From NCBI GenBank assembly GCA_963719515.1, contig CAVRCJ010000015.1, forward strand, positions 64,001-128,000: a stretch of 64,000 bases of DNA, in the 5' to 3' direction. Below, one piece after another: positions 51,206 through 60,869 of this stretch. How positions within the stretch are numbered: position 1 is the first letter of the stretch; each line of letters begins with the position of its first letter. A model generated the notes under the pieces. The model saw nothing but the letters and a program-made list of their open reading frames with translations, searched no databases and was not told the origin of the DNA. The position numbers and the translations under genes were made by a program. This DNA comes from an uncultured cyanobacterium (GTDB taxonomy: Bacteria > Cyanobacteriota > Cyanobacteriia > CAKZMO01).

Positions 51206-53419
51206 TCAATTGGGGCCATCTTCACAAAGCTCTACCCGATTTCGCCCTTTAGCTTTGGCCCGGTACAGCGCCGCATCCGCCCGCCGCAGCGCCTCATTGA
51301 TGGTGTCGCCAGACTGCACGGTCCCCACCCCAACGCTGACCGTCACCTGCCTTTGCTGACCGGGTTTAACCGGCAGCGCTGCCACCAGCTGCCTAAAAGA
51401 CTCCGCCGTAGACAGGGCCTCTGACAGCGGCGTGCGGTAGAGGAGTAGCGCAAATTCCTCGCCCCCCAGCCGCCCCAAAAGCCCCTTGTCCCCCAGGCTC
51501 AACGTGCAAATGTGAGCCACCTGCTGAATGACGCGATCGCCCTTGGCATGGCCAAACCGGTCATTGATGCGCTTGAAATGGTCAATGTCCAGCATTAGGG
51601 TTGCCATTGGCCAATACTGCGATTTTGGGCTGGCGATCGCGATTTCCGCCTGCTCAAAAAAAGCGCGTCGATTGTATACCCCAGTCAGCGGGTCAGTACT
51701 AGCGAGATAGCGTAAAGCGCTTTCGCGCTGAATTTGCGCCGAGATATCGCTAAAAGAAAACAGGACGCAGGGCCGGTGATTGTAGTTAATTTCTAGCCCC
51801 GAAATCAGTGACCAAAACTCCTCATTTCCCTTGCGCAGCGACGCTTCAAATCCCGTCACCCGCCCCAGCTGGTTTATCTGGGTCAAAAATGTGGCGCGAT
51901 CGCCTAGGCTAAACCAAAAATCAGTTTCTCGGTAGCGCCCCGTTTCCTGCAGCGTGAAGCCGAACAGCTCTGCTGCCCGCTCATTGATGAAGTGGATGGT
52001 GCCATCTCTAACATCGCTAATGGCCATCGGAAATACAGGAGCATTTAAGATGTCCTGTAAGCGCCCCCGACTGTCGTTTAATTCAGCCTTGACCTGGCTC
52101 ATCTTTTCCAGCACGCGGTTGTAATAGTCGGCAATAGAAGCTACCTCTGTCCCCGGCTCAACCACAACGGGTTGGGTAAAGTCTCCCCTCAGGGAATGGG
52201 CGTTCATGCTGGCGATCAGGTCCTGTGTGGCGGTACTAGCGTTGTGCTCAGCAATATTGAGGCCGATGCGCTCTTGCGCTGCCGTGACGCGCAGGGGCAA
52301 GACCTGATTGATGCCCCACAGCAGCGCATAGCTCACGCCAAAAGCGTAAATCCCGACGGCAATGACCCCTACAGTCTGAACCCCCAGCATTCGCCAAACG
52401 CTGTCAGTTTCCCGCAGCATCGGGTCTGCGAATAGCGCCACCGCTAAGGTGCCCCAAATGCCGCACACGAGATGAGCGGGGACAACTCCCACGGCGTCAT
52501 CAATTTTGGCATAGCTGAGCCAGCGGGCAGACAGCGTACACAACAGTCCGCCAATCCCGCCTACGCAGGTCGCCCCCAGGGTCAGCATAATATCGCAACC
52601 CGCCGTCACCGACACCAGTCCCCCCACCACCCCATTCATAATCAGCGGCACCTGGGGACGCTTGTGGATTGCCCAGGTTGTCAACAGCGCCGCCAGTCCG
52701 CCTGCGGCTCCGCCCTGAGCGGTATTCACCAGGATCATGGGAACCTGGTCGTCAAACCCAAAGCTGCTGCCGCCGTTAAAGCCAAACCAGCCAAACCACA
52801 GCAAAAACACGCCCAAAACGGCAGTCGGCAAGTTGTGGCCCTCAATGCTGTGAGACTTAGGGCCAAAGCGACCTAGCCTCGGGCCGATGACGAGAATGGC
52901 CGCTAGCGCCGTCCAGCCCCCCACCGAATGGACCACTGTCGACCCGGCGAAATCGTGGAACTGGAGTTTCCCTAGCCAGCCCGGCGAGGAGTCAAACCAC
53001 AGCCCTGCCCAGACCCAATGTCCCGTGATCGGGTAGACGAACAGAGCAATGATAATTGCCGTGATGAAATAGCCCAAAAAGCTCATCCGTTCAGCTACGG
53101 CCCCGGACACAATGGTAGTCGCGGTGCCGCAAAAAACGAGTTCAAACAGGAAAAAGCTGTAGTCTGCGTTTGTCCAAGTCAGCGTAGAGGGAAGCCGATT
53201 ACCCACGAGGCCGAAGACCGTCTCACCAAACATGAGCTGAAAGCTAATCAGCGAGAACACCAGGGACGTAATACAAAAATCGACCAGATTCTTGATAGCA
53301 ACGTTGATGCTGTTCTTAGCCCGCACCAACCCGCTCTCTAAACAGCAGAACCCGGCCTGCATTGTGCTCACGAGTATGGCGCAAAGAATGACCCAAATTA
53401 CATCGAGGCTGGGTGCCAT
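51206..53419 (-). CDS. Ammonium transporter fused to PAS and GGDEF diguanylate cyclase
   Basis: Amt motifs MQAGF..LESG, DFAGSTVVHSVGG, WFGWFGFNGGS and DDAVG...H; cyclase motifs DPLTG..NRR, DIDHFKRIND..GH..GD and GGEEF. Confidence 0.93.
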   Translation of the reverse strand: MAPSLDVIWVILCAILVSTMQAGFCCLESGLVRAKNSINVAIKNLVDFCITSLVFSLISFQLMFGETVFGLVGNRLPSTLTWTNADYSFFLFELVFCGTATTIVSGAVAERMSFLGYFITAIIIALFVYPITGHWVWAGLWFDSSPGWLGKLQFHDFAGSTVVHSVGGWTALAAILVIGPRLGRFGPKSHSIEGHNLPTAVLGVFLLWFGWFGFNGGSSFGFDDQVPMILVNTAQGGAAGGLAALLTTWAIHKRPQVPLIMNGVVGGLVSVTAGCDIMLTLGATCVGGIGGLLCTLSARWLSYAKIDDAVGVVPAHLVCGIWGTLAVALFADPMLRETDSVWRMLGVQTVGVIAVGIYAFGVSYALLWGINQVLPLRVTAAQERIGLNIAEHNASTATQDLIASMNAHSLRGDFTQPVVVEPGTEVASIADYYNRVLEKMSQVKAELNDSRGRLQDILNAPVFPMAISDVRDGTIHFINERAAELFGFTLQETGRYRETDFWFSLGDRATFLTQINQLGRVTGFEASLRKGNEEFWSLISGLEINYNHRPCVLFSFSDISAQIQRESALRYLASTDPLTGVYNRRAFFEQAEIAIASPKSQYWPMATLMLDIDHFKRINDRFGHAKGDRVIQQVAHICTLSLGDKGLLGRLGGEEFALLLYRTPLSEALSTAESFRQLVAALPVKPGQQRQVTVSVGVGTVQSGDTINEALRRADAALYRAKAKGRNRVELCEDGPN

Positions 53420-53548
53420 AAGGCAGTATTAACCGTTAAGCCATGTCGATTGTAGCCGTTCAAAGTCTGTGGAAAACTTAATCAGGCGGGATTACAGGAG
53501 CAGGGCGGTAAAATCGTTGTAATCCTTGCCTTAGTCGCTGTCGTACTC

Positions 53549-54340
53549 ATGACTCTTCAACCCTTACATTTGCTTGGCGTCCCCCCCAACGCCTGGATTG
53601 TCAACGCCGACAACGCCGACATTACGCGATCGCCCATCCCGCCTCAGCCCGCTACCCTCGCTACCCGCACTAAAACCCTCACCATCGACCTAGCCAAAAC
53701 GATTATTTTGGTCATCGATATGCAAAACGACTTTTGTCATCCCGAGGGCTGGCTAGCCCACATCGGCATGGATATTACCCCCGCGCAAGCTCCCGTTGCC
53801 CCCTTAAATCGCCTCCTTCCCGAGCTGCGCCGCGCCAAGGTGCCTGTCCTCTGGCTCAACTGGGGAAACCGCCCTGATTTAGTCAACATCAGCGCCGGAC
53901 AGCGCCACGTCTACAATCCAACGGGGGAGGGGGTAGGGTTGGCGGAGCCGCTGCCGCCGCGCAACGCCCCCGTATTGACTAAAGACAGCTGGGGGGCGGC
54001 TATCGTGGATGAACTGAGGCCCGAGCCGATCGATATTCGCATCGACAAATATCGGATGAGCGGCTTTTGGGACACGCCACTGGACAGCGTACTGCGCAAC
54101 CTTGGAAAGACAACCCTGTTGTTTGCTGGGGTCAATGCGGATCAGTGCGTCATGGCCACCCTACAGGACGCCAGCTTCCACGGCTACGACTGCATTTTGG
54201 TAGAAGACTGCACCGCTACCACCTCGCCAGACTATTGCCTCCAGGCCACCCTCTACAACGTCAGTCAGTGCTTCGGGTTTGTAGCCAGTTCTGATGCGAT
54301 CGCTGCAGCGATCCCCGAGGTGTCTTCAGAGCTAGTCTAA
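53549..54340 (+). CDS. Isochorismatase-family cysteine hydrolase
   Basis: IDMQNDF, K.RMSGF and GVNADQCV give the D-K-C triad. Confidence 0.9.
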   Translation: MTLQPLHLLGVPPNAWIVNADNADITRSPIPPQPATLATRTKTLTIDLAKTIILVIDMQNDFCHPEGWLAHIGMDITPAQAPVAPLNRLLPELRRAKVPVLWLNWGNRPDLVNISAGQRHVYNPTGEGVGLAEPLPPRNAPVLTKDSWGAAIVDELRPEPIDIRIDKYRMSGFWDTPLDSVLRNLGKTTLLFAGVNADQCVMATLQDASFHGYDCILVEDCTATTSPDYCLQATLYNVSQCFGFVASSDAIAAAIPEVSSELV

Positions 54341-54408
54341 ACCTTTGCTAAAGTTCTGCCCCATTTCGGGAGATGTCTGGTGTATTAGAGGTAGCTACTG
54401 GCTGTTAG

Positions 54409-54857
54409 CTAGTTCGTGAAAGCCCCGCGCTGTATGCGCAGCATCAGCGTCGGGATGTAAGCGAGCGAGTCGAGGTGCGCCCTTGACTGGATGCCGAAGG
54501 CGGCAATTAAGGGCAGCGCCGAGGCGAGCAAAGGGTACAATTGAACCAAGCTCAAACTATTTCATGGCGGCGGCCTGCTATCCTGACACAAACGTACAGC
54601 CCTTAGCTGGTGAACAGTGCAGACGGTAGAAAACGTAGCTGGAAATTGAATACTCGTCACTGTCTGGGGTTGGTCATTGCCTGGACATTAAACAAATCGC
54701 CTGTCGATGGGATCTAATCGGGGTTGCACGGCTTGCTGCGTAACTAGACAGGACCAGATGAAGCAGGAAACCTTCTTGCGCGGCATCCATTAAATTGTGG
54801 TGCGTGAGCCAAGAAGCCCACGCTCTATCTAAAAGATGAGCGTCGGGAGTATGTCAC
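54409..54857 (+). mobile_element. 449-bp non-autonomous IS200/IS605 derivative
   Basis: TTAG at 54405-54408; left end CTAGTTCGTGAAAGCCCCGCGCTGTA..CAGCGTCGGGATGTAAGCGAGCGAGTC shared with 24261; right-end hairpin ending GTCAC; no long ORF. Confidence 0.9.
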
Positions 54858-54920
54858 GTCCTACCACACAGCCTCGCCATACCGTCTCGCAGTACACCTT
54901 CGTCATTACCAGGAGTCACC

Positions 54921-55448
54921 ATGGGAATCGCCGGAGCAACATTGCCTAAACCTGAGCCCCAAGCCGAGTCCCAAGCTGAACCCCAGACCGAGTCCCAGAC
55001 GGATAAATGCGTCATCCCGCTGTTCAAGGGGCCGCAGGACTACCAGGCCTTTCGCATTAGTCCCCAAGACAGCAACCGCTTGGCGATCGTGTTTGACCCC
55101 AGCAGCTCGGACGTCTCTTTGACCTACTGCGTTGAAATCTTTGAGGTTGGCGGGGAAACGCCCCCCAACCGACACAACCTTGCCGTTGAGATGTTCTTCA
55201 TCCTCAAAGGGGAAGGAGAGGCAAGCTGCGACGGCAAAACCGTTCGCATTCAGGCGGGGGACAGCATCTTGGTGCCGCCCCAGGGGATCCACGTGATTCG
55301 CAACGTCGGTCAAACGCGGCTTTACGCCTTGTGCATTATGGTGCCCAACGAAGACTTCGCCGAGCTGATTCGCAGCGGCACTCCGGTAGACCTTGATGAC
55401 GACGACCTCAAGGTGCTGCGGCGCACCGACGCCTTAGTCACCCTCTAG
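54921..55448 (+). CDS. Cupin domain protein
   Basis: H...EMFFILKGEG and GD..LVP..G.H.IRN motifs; AGGAG RBS. Confidence 0.88.
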   Translation: MGIAGATLPKPEPQAESQAEPQTESQTDKCVIPLFKGPQDYQAFRISPQDSNRLAIVFDPSSSDVSLTYCVEIFEVGGETPPNRHNLAVEMFFILKGEGEASCDGKTVRIQAGDSILVPPQGIHVIRNVGQTRLYALCIMVPNEDFAELIRSGTPVDLDDDDLKVLRRTDALVTL

Positions 55449-55449
55449 C

Positions 55450-57084
55450 ATGCTACCGGTTAAGAAAGAAACTCAGCCGCTGCTGCTCAGCGACGGCACC
55501 CGCCTTGACGCCGACATCTACACCCCTGACAAGAGCGGCACCTTTCCCGTGCTGCTGATGCGTCAACCCTACGGCAGAGCGATCGCCTCCACGGTGGTCT
55601 ACGCCCATCCCCGCTGGTACGCGGCCCAGGGCTACATTGTGGTCATCCAAGACGTACGGGGGCGGGGCAGTTCGGAGGGCGCGTTTGATCTATTTGCCCA
55701 CGAAATAGAAGACGGCGCAGAAACGGTGGCCTGGGCGGCCCGGCTGCCCCAAAGCACCGGAGAGGTGGGCATGTACGGCTTTTCCTACCAGGGCATGACC
55801 CAGCTGTTTGCCGCCGCCGCCCGCCCGCCCGCGCTCAAGACCCTTTGTCCCGCCATGGTGGCCTACGACCTACGGAATGACTGGGCCTACGAAGGTGACG
55901 CCTTTTGTCTGCAGGCCAGCTATGGCTGGGCCGTGCAGCTCGCCGCCGAAACCGCGCGTCGCCAGGGCCACCGAGATGCCTACCAGGCTCTATACACCGC
56001 TGCCCGGACTCCCCTGTCTTGCGATCCAGTCTGCGCTCGCTCTGCCCTGCTCAACCAGCTGGCGCCCGACTCCTTCTACCACGACTGGCTCGCCCCACCG
56101 GCAGACGACTACTGGCAGCGGCGATCGCCCTATCACTACATCGACGCGATCGCCCAGATGGACCTGCCCATGCTGCACATCGGCGGCTGGTACGACACCT
56201 ATCTGCGCGGCACCCTGCGGCTTTACCGGGAGCTAGCCGCCTGCAGCACCCAGCCCCAGCACCTGTGGGTGGGGCCATGGCCCCATATTCCCTGGGGTCG
56301 CCGGGTGGGGGAGCTGGACTTTGGCCCTGAGGCCGCCAATCCTGTAGACCGGCTGCAGCTGCGCTGGTTTGACCAGTTTCTCAAGGGTAAGGACACCGGA
56401 CTCCTAGGCGAAGCCCCTGTACACCTGTTCGAGATGGGAAGCAACCGGTGGCGATCGCTGCCCCAGCTCCCCGACCCACAGCCCGCAACCTACTGGCTCA
56501 CCTCAGATGGCCTAGCGGGCTTAAACGAACACAGCGGCAGGCTGAAATCCACGCCACCAGAGGCGGAGGGTCTGGCCGATGTTTTGGTCCACGACCCCTG
56601 GCGACCGGTGCAGGCTGTGGGGGGACATGCGGTCTTCCCCGCTGGGCCCTCTGACCGGGCGGCCCTAGACAGCCGCGCCGACGTGCTGACCTACACGCTG
56701 CTTCTGGAGCAGGATCTGCACATGGCAGGAATTGCCACCGCACAGCTCCACTGCTCTGCGGACGCCCCCAGCTTTGACCTCTGCGCAGTGCTGTCAGAGG
56801 TCTACCCCGACGGGCGGGTGTATCCGCTCGCCCAGGGCTACCGTCGCCTGCAGGAGCATAAAGGCGGCGCTGTATCCCTGACTCTCCAGCCTGTCGCCGC
56901 TTGCATAGCGGCGGGGCATGGCCTGCGTCTCAGCGTCAGCGGGGCCTGCTTTCCGGCCTATCCCGTGAACCCAGGGACAGGAGAGCCGATGACGGAAGGC
57001 CGCTTGATGGAGGCGAAGGTAATTACGGTATCGATTTTTGGTGGGGGGCACTCTTGGCTAAAACTGCCGGTTGTGGATGGGTAG
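55450..57084 (+). CDS. CocE/NonD family serine hydrolase
   Basis: QDVRGRG.SEG, G.SY.G, GGWYD and GPW.H motifs. Confidence 0.92.
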   Translation: MLPVKKETQPLLLSDGTRLDADIYTPDKSGTFPVLLMRQPYGRAIASTVVYAHPRWYAAQGYIVVIQDVRGRGSSEGAFDLFAHEIEDGAETVAWAARLPQSTGEVGMYGFSYQGMTQLFAAAARPPALKTLCPAMVAYDLRNDWAYEGDAFCLQASYGWAVQLAAETARRQGHRDAYQALYTAARTPLSCDPVCARSALLNQLAPDSFYHDWLAPPADDYWQRRSPYHYIDAIAQMDLPMLHIGGWYDTYLRGTLRLYRELAACSTQPQHLWVGPWPHIPWGRRVGELDFGPEAANPVDRLQLRWFDQFLKGKDTGLLGEAPVHLFEMGSNRWRSLPQLPDPQPATYWLTSDGLAGLNEHSGRLKSTPPEAEGLADVLVHDPWRPVQAVGGHAVFPAGPSDRAALDSRADVLTYTLLLEQDLHMAGIATAQLHCSADAPSFDLCAVLSEVYPDGRVYPLAQGYRRLQEHKGGAVSLTLQPVAACIAAGHGLRLSVSGACFPAYPVNPGTGEPMTEGRLMEAKVITVSIFGGGHSWLKLPVVDG

Positions 57085-57088
57085 TTCC

Positions 57089-57616
57089 CTAAGGCCGTTC
57101 GACGTACCCCTGCAGGTTTTCCGGCTGAAAGGACTGCAGGGTTAAGGTGGCCCGGTTTACCACAGCCTCGCCGCCTTGGGCGACCACGATATACTTGCCC
57201 TGGTTGAGGCGGTTGCGGTAGGCGATCGCATCGCCGCTGGCAGACGTCCAGCCCACTAGCCGGCCCGTCACGTAGGCTCCCATCCCTGCCGCTGCTGCCC
57301 CAAAGAGGCCGCCAATGACGTGGTTACCAAAGGCCCCAGCCCAGCTAATTAGGCGAATATCGGTGAGCAGGTTGAAGAGGTAACCCGCTCCGAACCCGAA
57401 GGGAATCAGCCAGGTCACCAGGCTGCTGGACTGCTTATCGGCCTCCTCGTCAGGGTCGATGAGGCCAAACTGGTCGGCGCTTTTGTAGCCGTCTCCAAGA
57501 ATATCGATCTGGTCCATTGGCAGCCCCTGCTCCCGTAGAGCTTCGTGGGCCGCTTCCGCCTGCACCCGGTTGGAGAAGACGGCAACGAGGTAATTTGTGG
57601 GACTCTGAGTCTGCAT
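57089..57616 (-). CDS. Conserved two-TM hypothetical protein (general-stress-protein-like)
   Basis: YLVAV..NR.QAE.A, ILG.GYKSAD.FGLIDP and YRNRL..GKY motifs; start ATG 57616. Confidence 0.75.
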   Translation of the reverse strand: MQTQSPTNYLVAVFSNRVQAEAAHEALREQGLPMDQIDILGDGYKSADQFGLIDPDEEADKQSSSLVTWLIPFGFGAGYLFNLLTDIRLISWAGAFGNHVIGGLFGAAAAGMGAYVTGRLVGWTSASGDAIAYRNRLNQGKYIVVAQGGEAVVNRATLTLQSFQPENLQGYVERP

Positions 57617-57854
57617 GGTGATTTGTTGTGAGAAGAATTTAAGGATAGTCACAGGCCGGCGCCGTCTCCAAAGCGCGGCTTCGCTCAGGAGATTTTCAGC
57701 TGCTTTGAGTTTGGCCCTATACTCAACTTGACGATAACAGGCGCAATGCTGTAAAGGCATCTATCGTCTGTAGTGTGTCCGGCCGCTGCGCAGCGGCTCG
57801 CAGCGGCCCCCGATTATTACTCCTAACTCCCTCATTACCCTAGGTGAGAAATCC

Positions 57855-57909
57855 AAAAAAAAATCCCCAGCTATGAAAGCCGGGGATTGGAATCAGGGTG
57901 CATCTACCA
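57855..57909 (-). ncRNA. nsiR1: NsiR1-like small RNA
   Basis: TGGTAGATGCACCCTGATT leader (NsiR1 seed as recalled) followed by hairpin AATCCCCGGCT-TTCAT-AGCTGGGGATT and T9. Confidence 0.75.
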
Positions 57910-57915
57910 TTCCTA

Positions 57916-57943
57916 TCTACGCGGTTATGCTAGTCTGTCAGGA
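57916..57943 (-). promoter_or_regulatory. DIF1-like promoter of the sRNA
   Basis: TCCTGA (one mismatch to TCCGGA), 17 nt, then GTAGA immediately upstream of the predicted 5' end. Confidence 0.5.
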
Positions 57944-57969
57944 CTGCTTTTATAAATTCCGTCAATATC

Positions 57970-59451
57970 GTGAGTCCCCTCATGACCTCACTGCTTCTCA
58001 AACCCAACACCGACTTCGCTTCCAGCCTCGCCCAGGCCCTTACCAAAATTGACCTGCCCGCCGACTGGGTGGGGCTGCGGGGGGTACGGGAGCGCAGCAG
58101 TCACTACACCGTGCGCGACGGTAAGCCCCAAAACAATGGGCGATCGCTGGAGCAGGGGGTGATGGTGGAGGTGATGGTGGACGGCCACATCGGCTACGGG
58201 GCCACCAACTCCTTCGAAGAGGGGCGGCTGCTAGAGGCGGCGGCCCTGGCCTACCAGCAGGCCAAGGCGGCCAGCGAGTGGGCCATTTACCCCGCGACTC
58301 TAGCGGCGCGGCCCCAGGTGATAGGCAACTATAGCTCCCCGGTGCAGCGATCGCTGTCGGCAATGTCTGCGGGCGAGGTCAATCAGCTGCTGGTGGACCT
58401 CTGCAGCCACATGGCGGTGTCCGACCGCATCGTTCAAACCCTGGCCAACGCCGTCACCACCGAGCGCGACACCTGGTTCGTCAGCAGCAACGGCTCCGAC
58501 GTCTATCAGCGCATCGCTCTGATTCAAACCCACTTTGGCGTGGTGGCCCAAGAAGGTCCGGTGGTGCAGCCGCGCTCTCACAACGGCTTTCTTGCCCACT
58601 GCTACCAGGGCGGCTGGGAGCATGTGCCCAGCACCCTAGCGCCCCAGGCCCGGCGCGTGGGGGAGCAGGCGGTGGAGTTGCTCAGCGCTGAGGACTGCCC
58701 CGACATCACCACCACCCTGGTGCTGGCCCCCGACCAGATGATGCTGCAGATTCACGAGAGCGTCGGCCACCCGCTGGAGCTAGACCGCATCTTGGGCGAC
58801 GAGCGCAACTACGCCGGGGGCAGCTTCGTCAAGCCCGCCGACTTCGGCCACCTGGACTACGGCTCGCCCCTGATGAACATCACCTTTGACCCCACCGTCG
58901 CCCACGAGTTTGCCAGCTACCAGTTCGACGACACCGGGGCACCGGCCACCCGGGAGTATCTGATTCAAGAAGGCCGGCTGCTGCGGGGGCTTGGGAGCCT
59001 GGAAAGCCAGACCCGTCTGGGGGTGCCCGGGGTAGCCTGCGCGCGGGCCACCTCTTGGAATCGGCCCGCCATTGACCGGATGGCCAACATCAACCTGGAG
59101 CCCGGGGACGAGTCCTTTGAGGAAATTGTGGGCAACATTGAGCACGGCGTCTACATGGAGGCCAACCGCTCCTGGTCTATCGACGACCAGCGCCACAAGT
59201 TTCAGTTTGGCTGCGAGTACGCCAAGCTAATCGAAAATGGTCAGGTAACCCGCACCCTGCGTAACCCCAACTACCGGGCCACCACCCCTCAGTTTTGGCA
59301 TAGCTTGACCCACGTGGGCGATCGCGCCTCTTGGGAGGTGTACGGTACGCCCTACTGCGGGAAGGGGGAGCCTAACCAGGTAATGCGCGTCGGCCACGGT
59401 TCCCCGATCTGTGCATTTGACGCCATTGAGGTGTTTGGAGGAGAAGCATGA
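57970..59451 (+). CDS. tldD: TldD family metalloprotease
   Basis: IHESVGHPLELDRI, DRMAN and CGKGEPNQ motifs. Confidence 0.92.
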   Translation: MSPLMTSLLLKPNTDFASSLAQALTKIDLPADWVGLRGVRERSSHYTVRDGKPQNNGRSLEQGVMVEVMVDGHIGYGATNSFEEGRLLEAAALAYQQAKAASEWAIYPATLAARPQVIGNYSSPVQRSLSAMSAGEVNQLLVDLCSHMAVSDRIVQTLANAVTTERDTWFVSSNGSDVYQRIALIQTHFGVVAQEGPVVQPRSHNGFLAHCYQGGWEHVPSTLAPQARRVGEQAVELLSAEDCPDITTTLVLAPDQMMLQIHESVGHPLELDRILGDERNYAGGSFVKPADFGHLDYGSPLMNITFDPTVAHEFASYQFDDTGAPATREYLIQEGRLLRGLGSLESQTRLGVPGVACARATSWNRPAIDRMANINLEPGDESFEEIVGNIEHGVYMEANRSWSIDDQRHKFQFGCEYAKLIENGQVTRTLRNPNYRATTPQFWHSLTHVGDRASWEVYGTPYCGKGEPNQVMRVGHGSPICAFDAIEVFGGEA

Positions 59452-60812
59452 TAGCAGCGGCCCCGTCTTCTGTTGAGTTTGCAGCGCGCCTAGAAGAGAG
59501 CTTTCGCCAGCTCTCGTCCGCCCTAATTGACGGACTGAAGGTGGGAGAGCACCTCACGTTGGGCTTTGTGGGAGAGCAAAGCCAGTTCATTCGCTTCAAC
59601 CGAGCCAAGATCCGCCAGGGCGGCATGGTCACCGATGGTACTCTGTCCATTACGCTGATGGCCGGGGAGCGCACCCAAAGCTACTCTATCCCGGTGACGG
59701 GGCATACAGAGACCGATACTGCGCTGGCGCAGCAGGCGATCGCCACCCTACGGGAAGAGCTGCCCACCCTGCCCATCGACCCCTACCAGGTTCTGCCCCA
59801 GGGCAGCGCCACCAGCCACGACGTGCACCGAGGCCAGCTGCTAGACCCCGAGCAGGCCGCTAGCTCCATTCTCTCGGCGGTGCGCGACCTGGACTTTACC
59901 GGCCTCTATGCCGGGGGTGCAGCGGTGCGGGGCTACGCTGACTCGGCGGGTCAGCGCCACTGGTTTGCCACCGATTCCTTCACCCTCGACTACTCGCTAT
60001 TTACGCCAGAGGGCCGAGCCGTCAAAGGCACGGTGGCCGGGGATAGCTGGGACGAGGCCGGATATCGAGATAAGCTGAGCCGCTCGGTGCAGCAGCTTGC
60101 CGGCCTAGCGCAGGCTCCCCGCACCGTCGATCGGGGTGAGTACCGCACCTATCTGGCCCCCGCGGCGGTGGCAGACCTGCTGTCGATGCTGTCTTGGGGC
60201 GGGGTGAGCGAGGCGGCTTTGCAGCGGGGTAGCAGCGCGCTGGCGGCCCTGCAGCGCGGGGATAAAACCCTGTCCGACCAGTTTACCCTGGCGGAAAACT
60301 TTACCCATGGTCTGGTGCCCCGCTTCAACGAGCTGGGGGAGGCCGCGCCGGAGACCCTGCCGCTGATTGAGCGGGGTAGTTTGGTGAATACGCTGATTAG
60401 CTCCCGCACCGCTAAGGAATACGGTAAGCAATCCAACGGCGCGTCTGCCGGGGAAGGGCTGCGATCGCCCGATATGGCAGCGGGGACGCTGCCCCTCGAC
60501 AAGGTGCTGGAGACCCTAGGCACTGGGCTATATTTATCGAACGTGCATTACCTCAACTGGAGCGATCGCCCCTCGGGGCGGGTCACGGGCATGACCCGCT
60601 ACGCCTGCTTTTGGGTGGAGGACGGCGAGCTGGTGGCTCCGATTGAGAATCTGCGGTTTGACGAGAGCCTGTATAAGTTCTGGGGGGATAAGCTGCTGGC
60701 GCTGACGGAGACGCAGGAGTTTATCCCGGAGGTGGGCAGCTATGGTAACCGCGACTTAGGCGGCAGCTGGGTGCCGGGGATGCTGGTAGAAGGCTTTACA
60801 TATACGCTGTAG
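59448..60812 (+). CDS. TldE/PmbA family partner subunit
   Basis: RFN.AK, TGMTRYACFWVEDG and NLRF motifs; lacks HExxxH; ATGA overlap with tldD. Confidence 0.88.
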   Translation: MIAAAPSSVEFAARLEESFRQLSSALIDGLKVGEHLTLGFVGEQSQFIRFNRAKIRQGGMVTDGTLSITLMAGERTQSYSIPVTGHTETDTALAQQAIATLREELPTLPIDPYQVLPQGSATSHDVHRGQLLDPEQAASSILSAVRDLDFTGLYAGGAAVRGYADSAGQRHWFATDSFTLDYSLFTPEGRAVKGTVAGDSWDEAGYRDKLSRSVQQLAGLAQAPRTVDRGEYRTYLAPAAVADLLSMLSWGGVSEAALQRGSSALAALQRGDKTLSDQFTLAENFTHGLVPRFNELGEAAPETLPLIERGSLVNTLISSRTAKEYGKQSNGASAGEGLRSPDMAAGTLPLDKVLETLGTGLYLSNVHYLNWSDRPSGRVTGMTRYACFWVEDGELVAPIENLRFDESLYKFWGDKLLALTETQEFIPEVGSYGNRDLGGSWVPGMLVEGFTYTL

Positions 60813-60839
60813 GCGCGGGGCTTCCCGTCTAACAGCTAA
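60813..60839 (-). mobile_element. Scar of an IS200/IS605 left end (about 23 bp plus the TTAG target)
   Basis: GCGCGGGGCTTCCCGTCTAACAGCTAA versus GCGCGGGGCTTCCCGTCTAGTCGCTAA at the end of mini-element copy 1. Confidence 0.75.
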
Positions 60840-60869
60840 AGGTTAACGGTACTCGCGTTCCCGTGAACT

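Noticed and set aside
53420..53548. NtcA box between Amt-GGDEF and the hydrolase
   Set aside because: No GTA-N8-TAC found; only a GGATTACA/TGTAATCC inverted repeat of unclear meaning.
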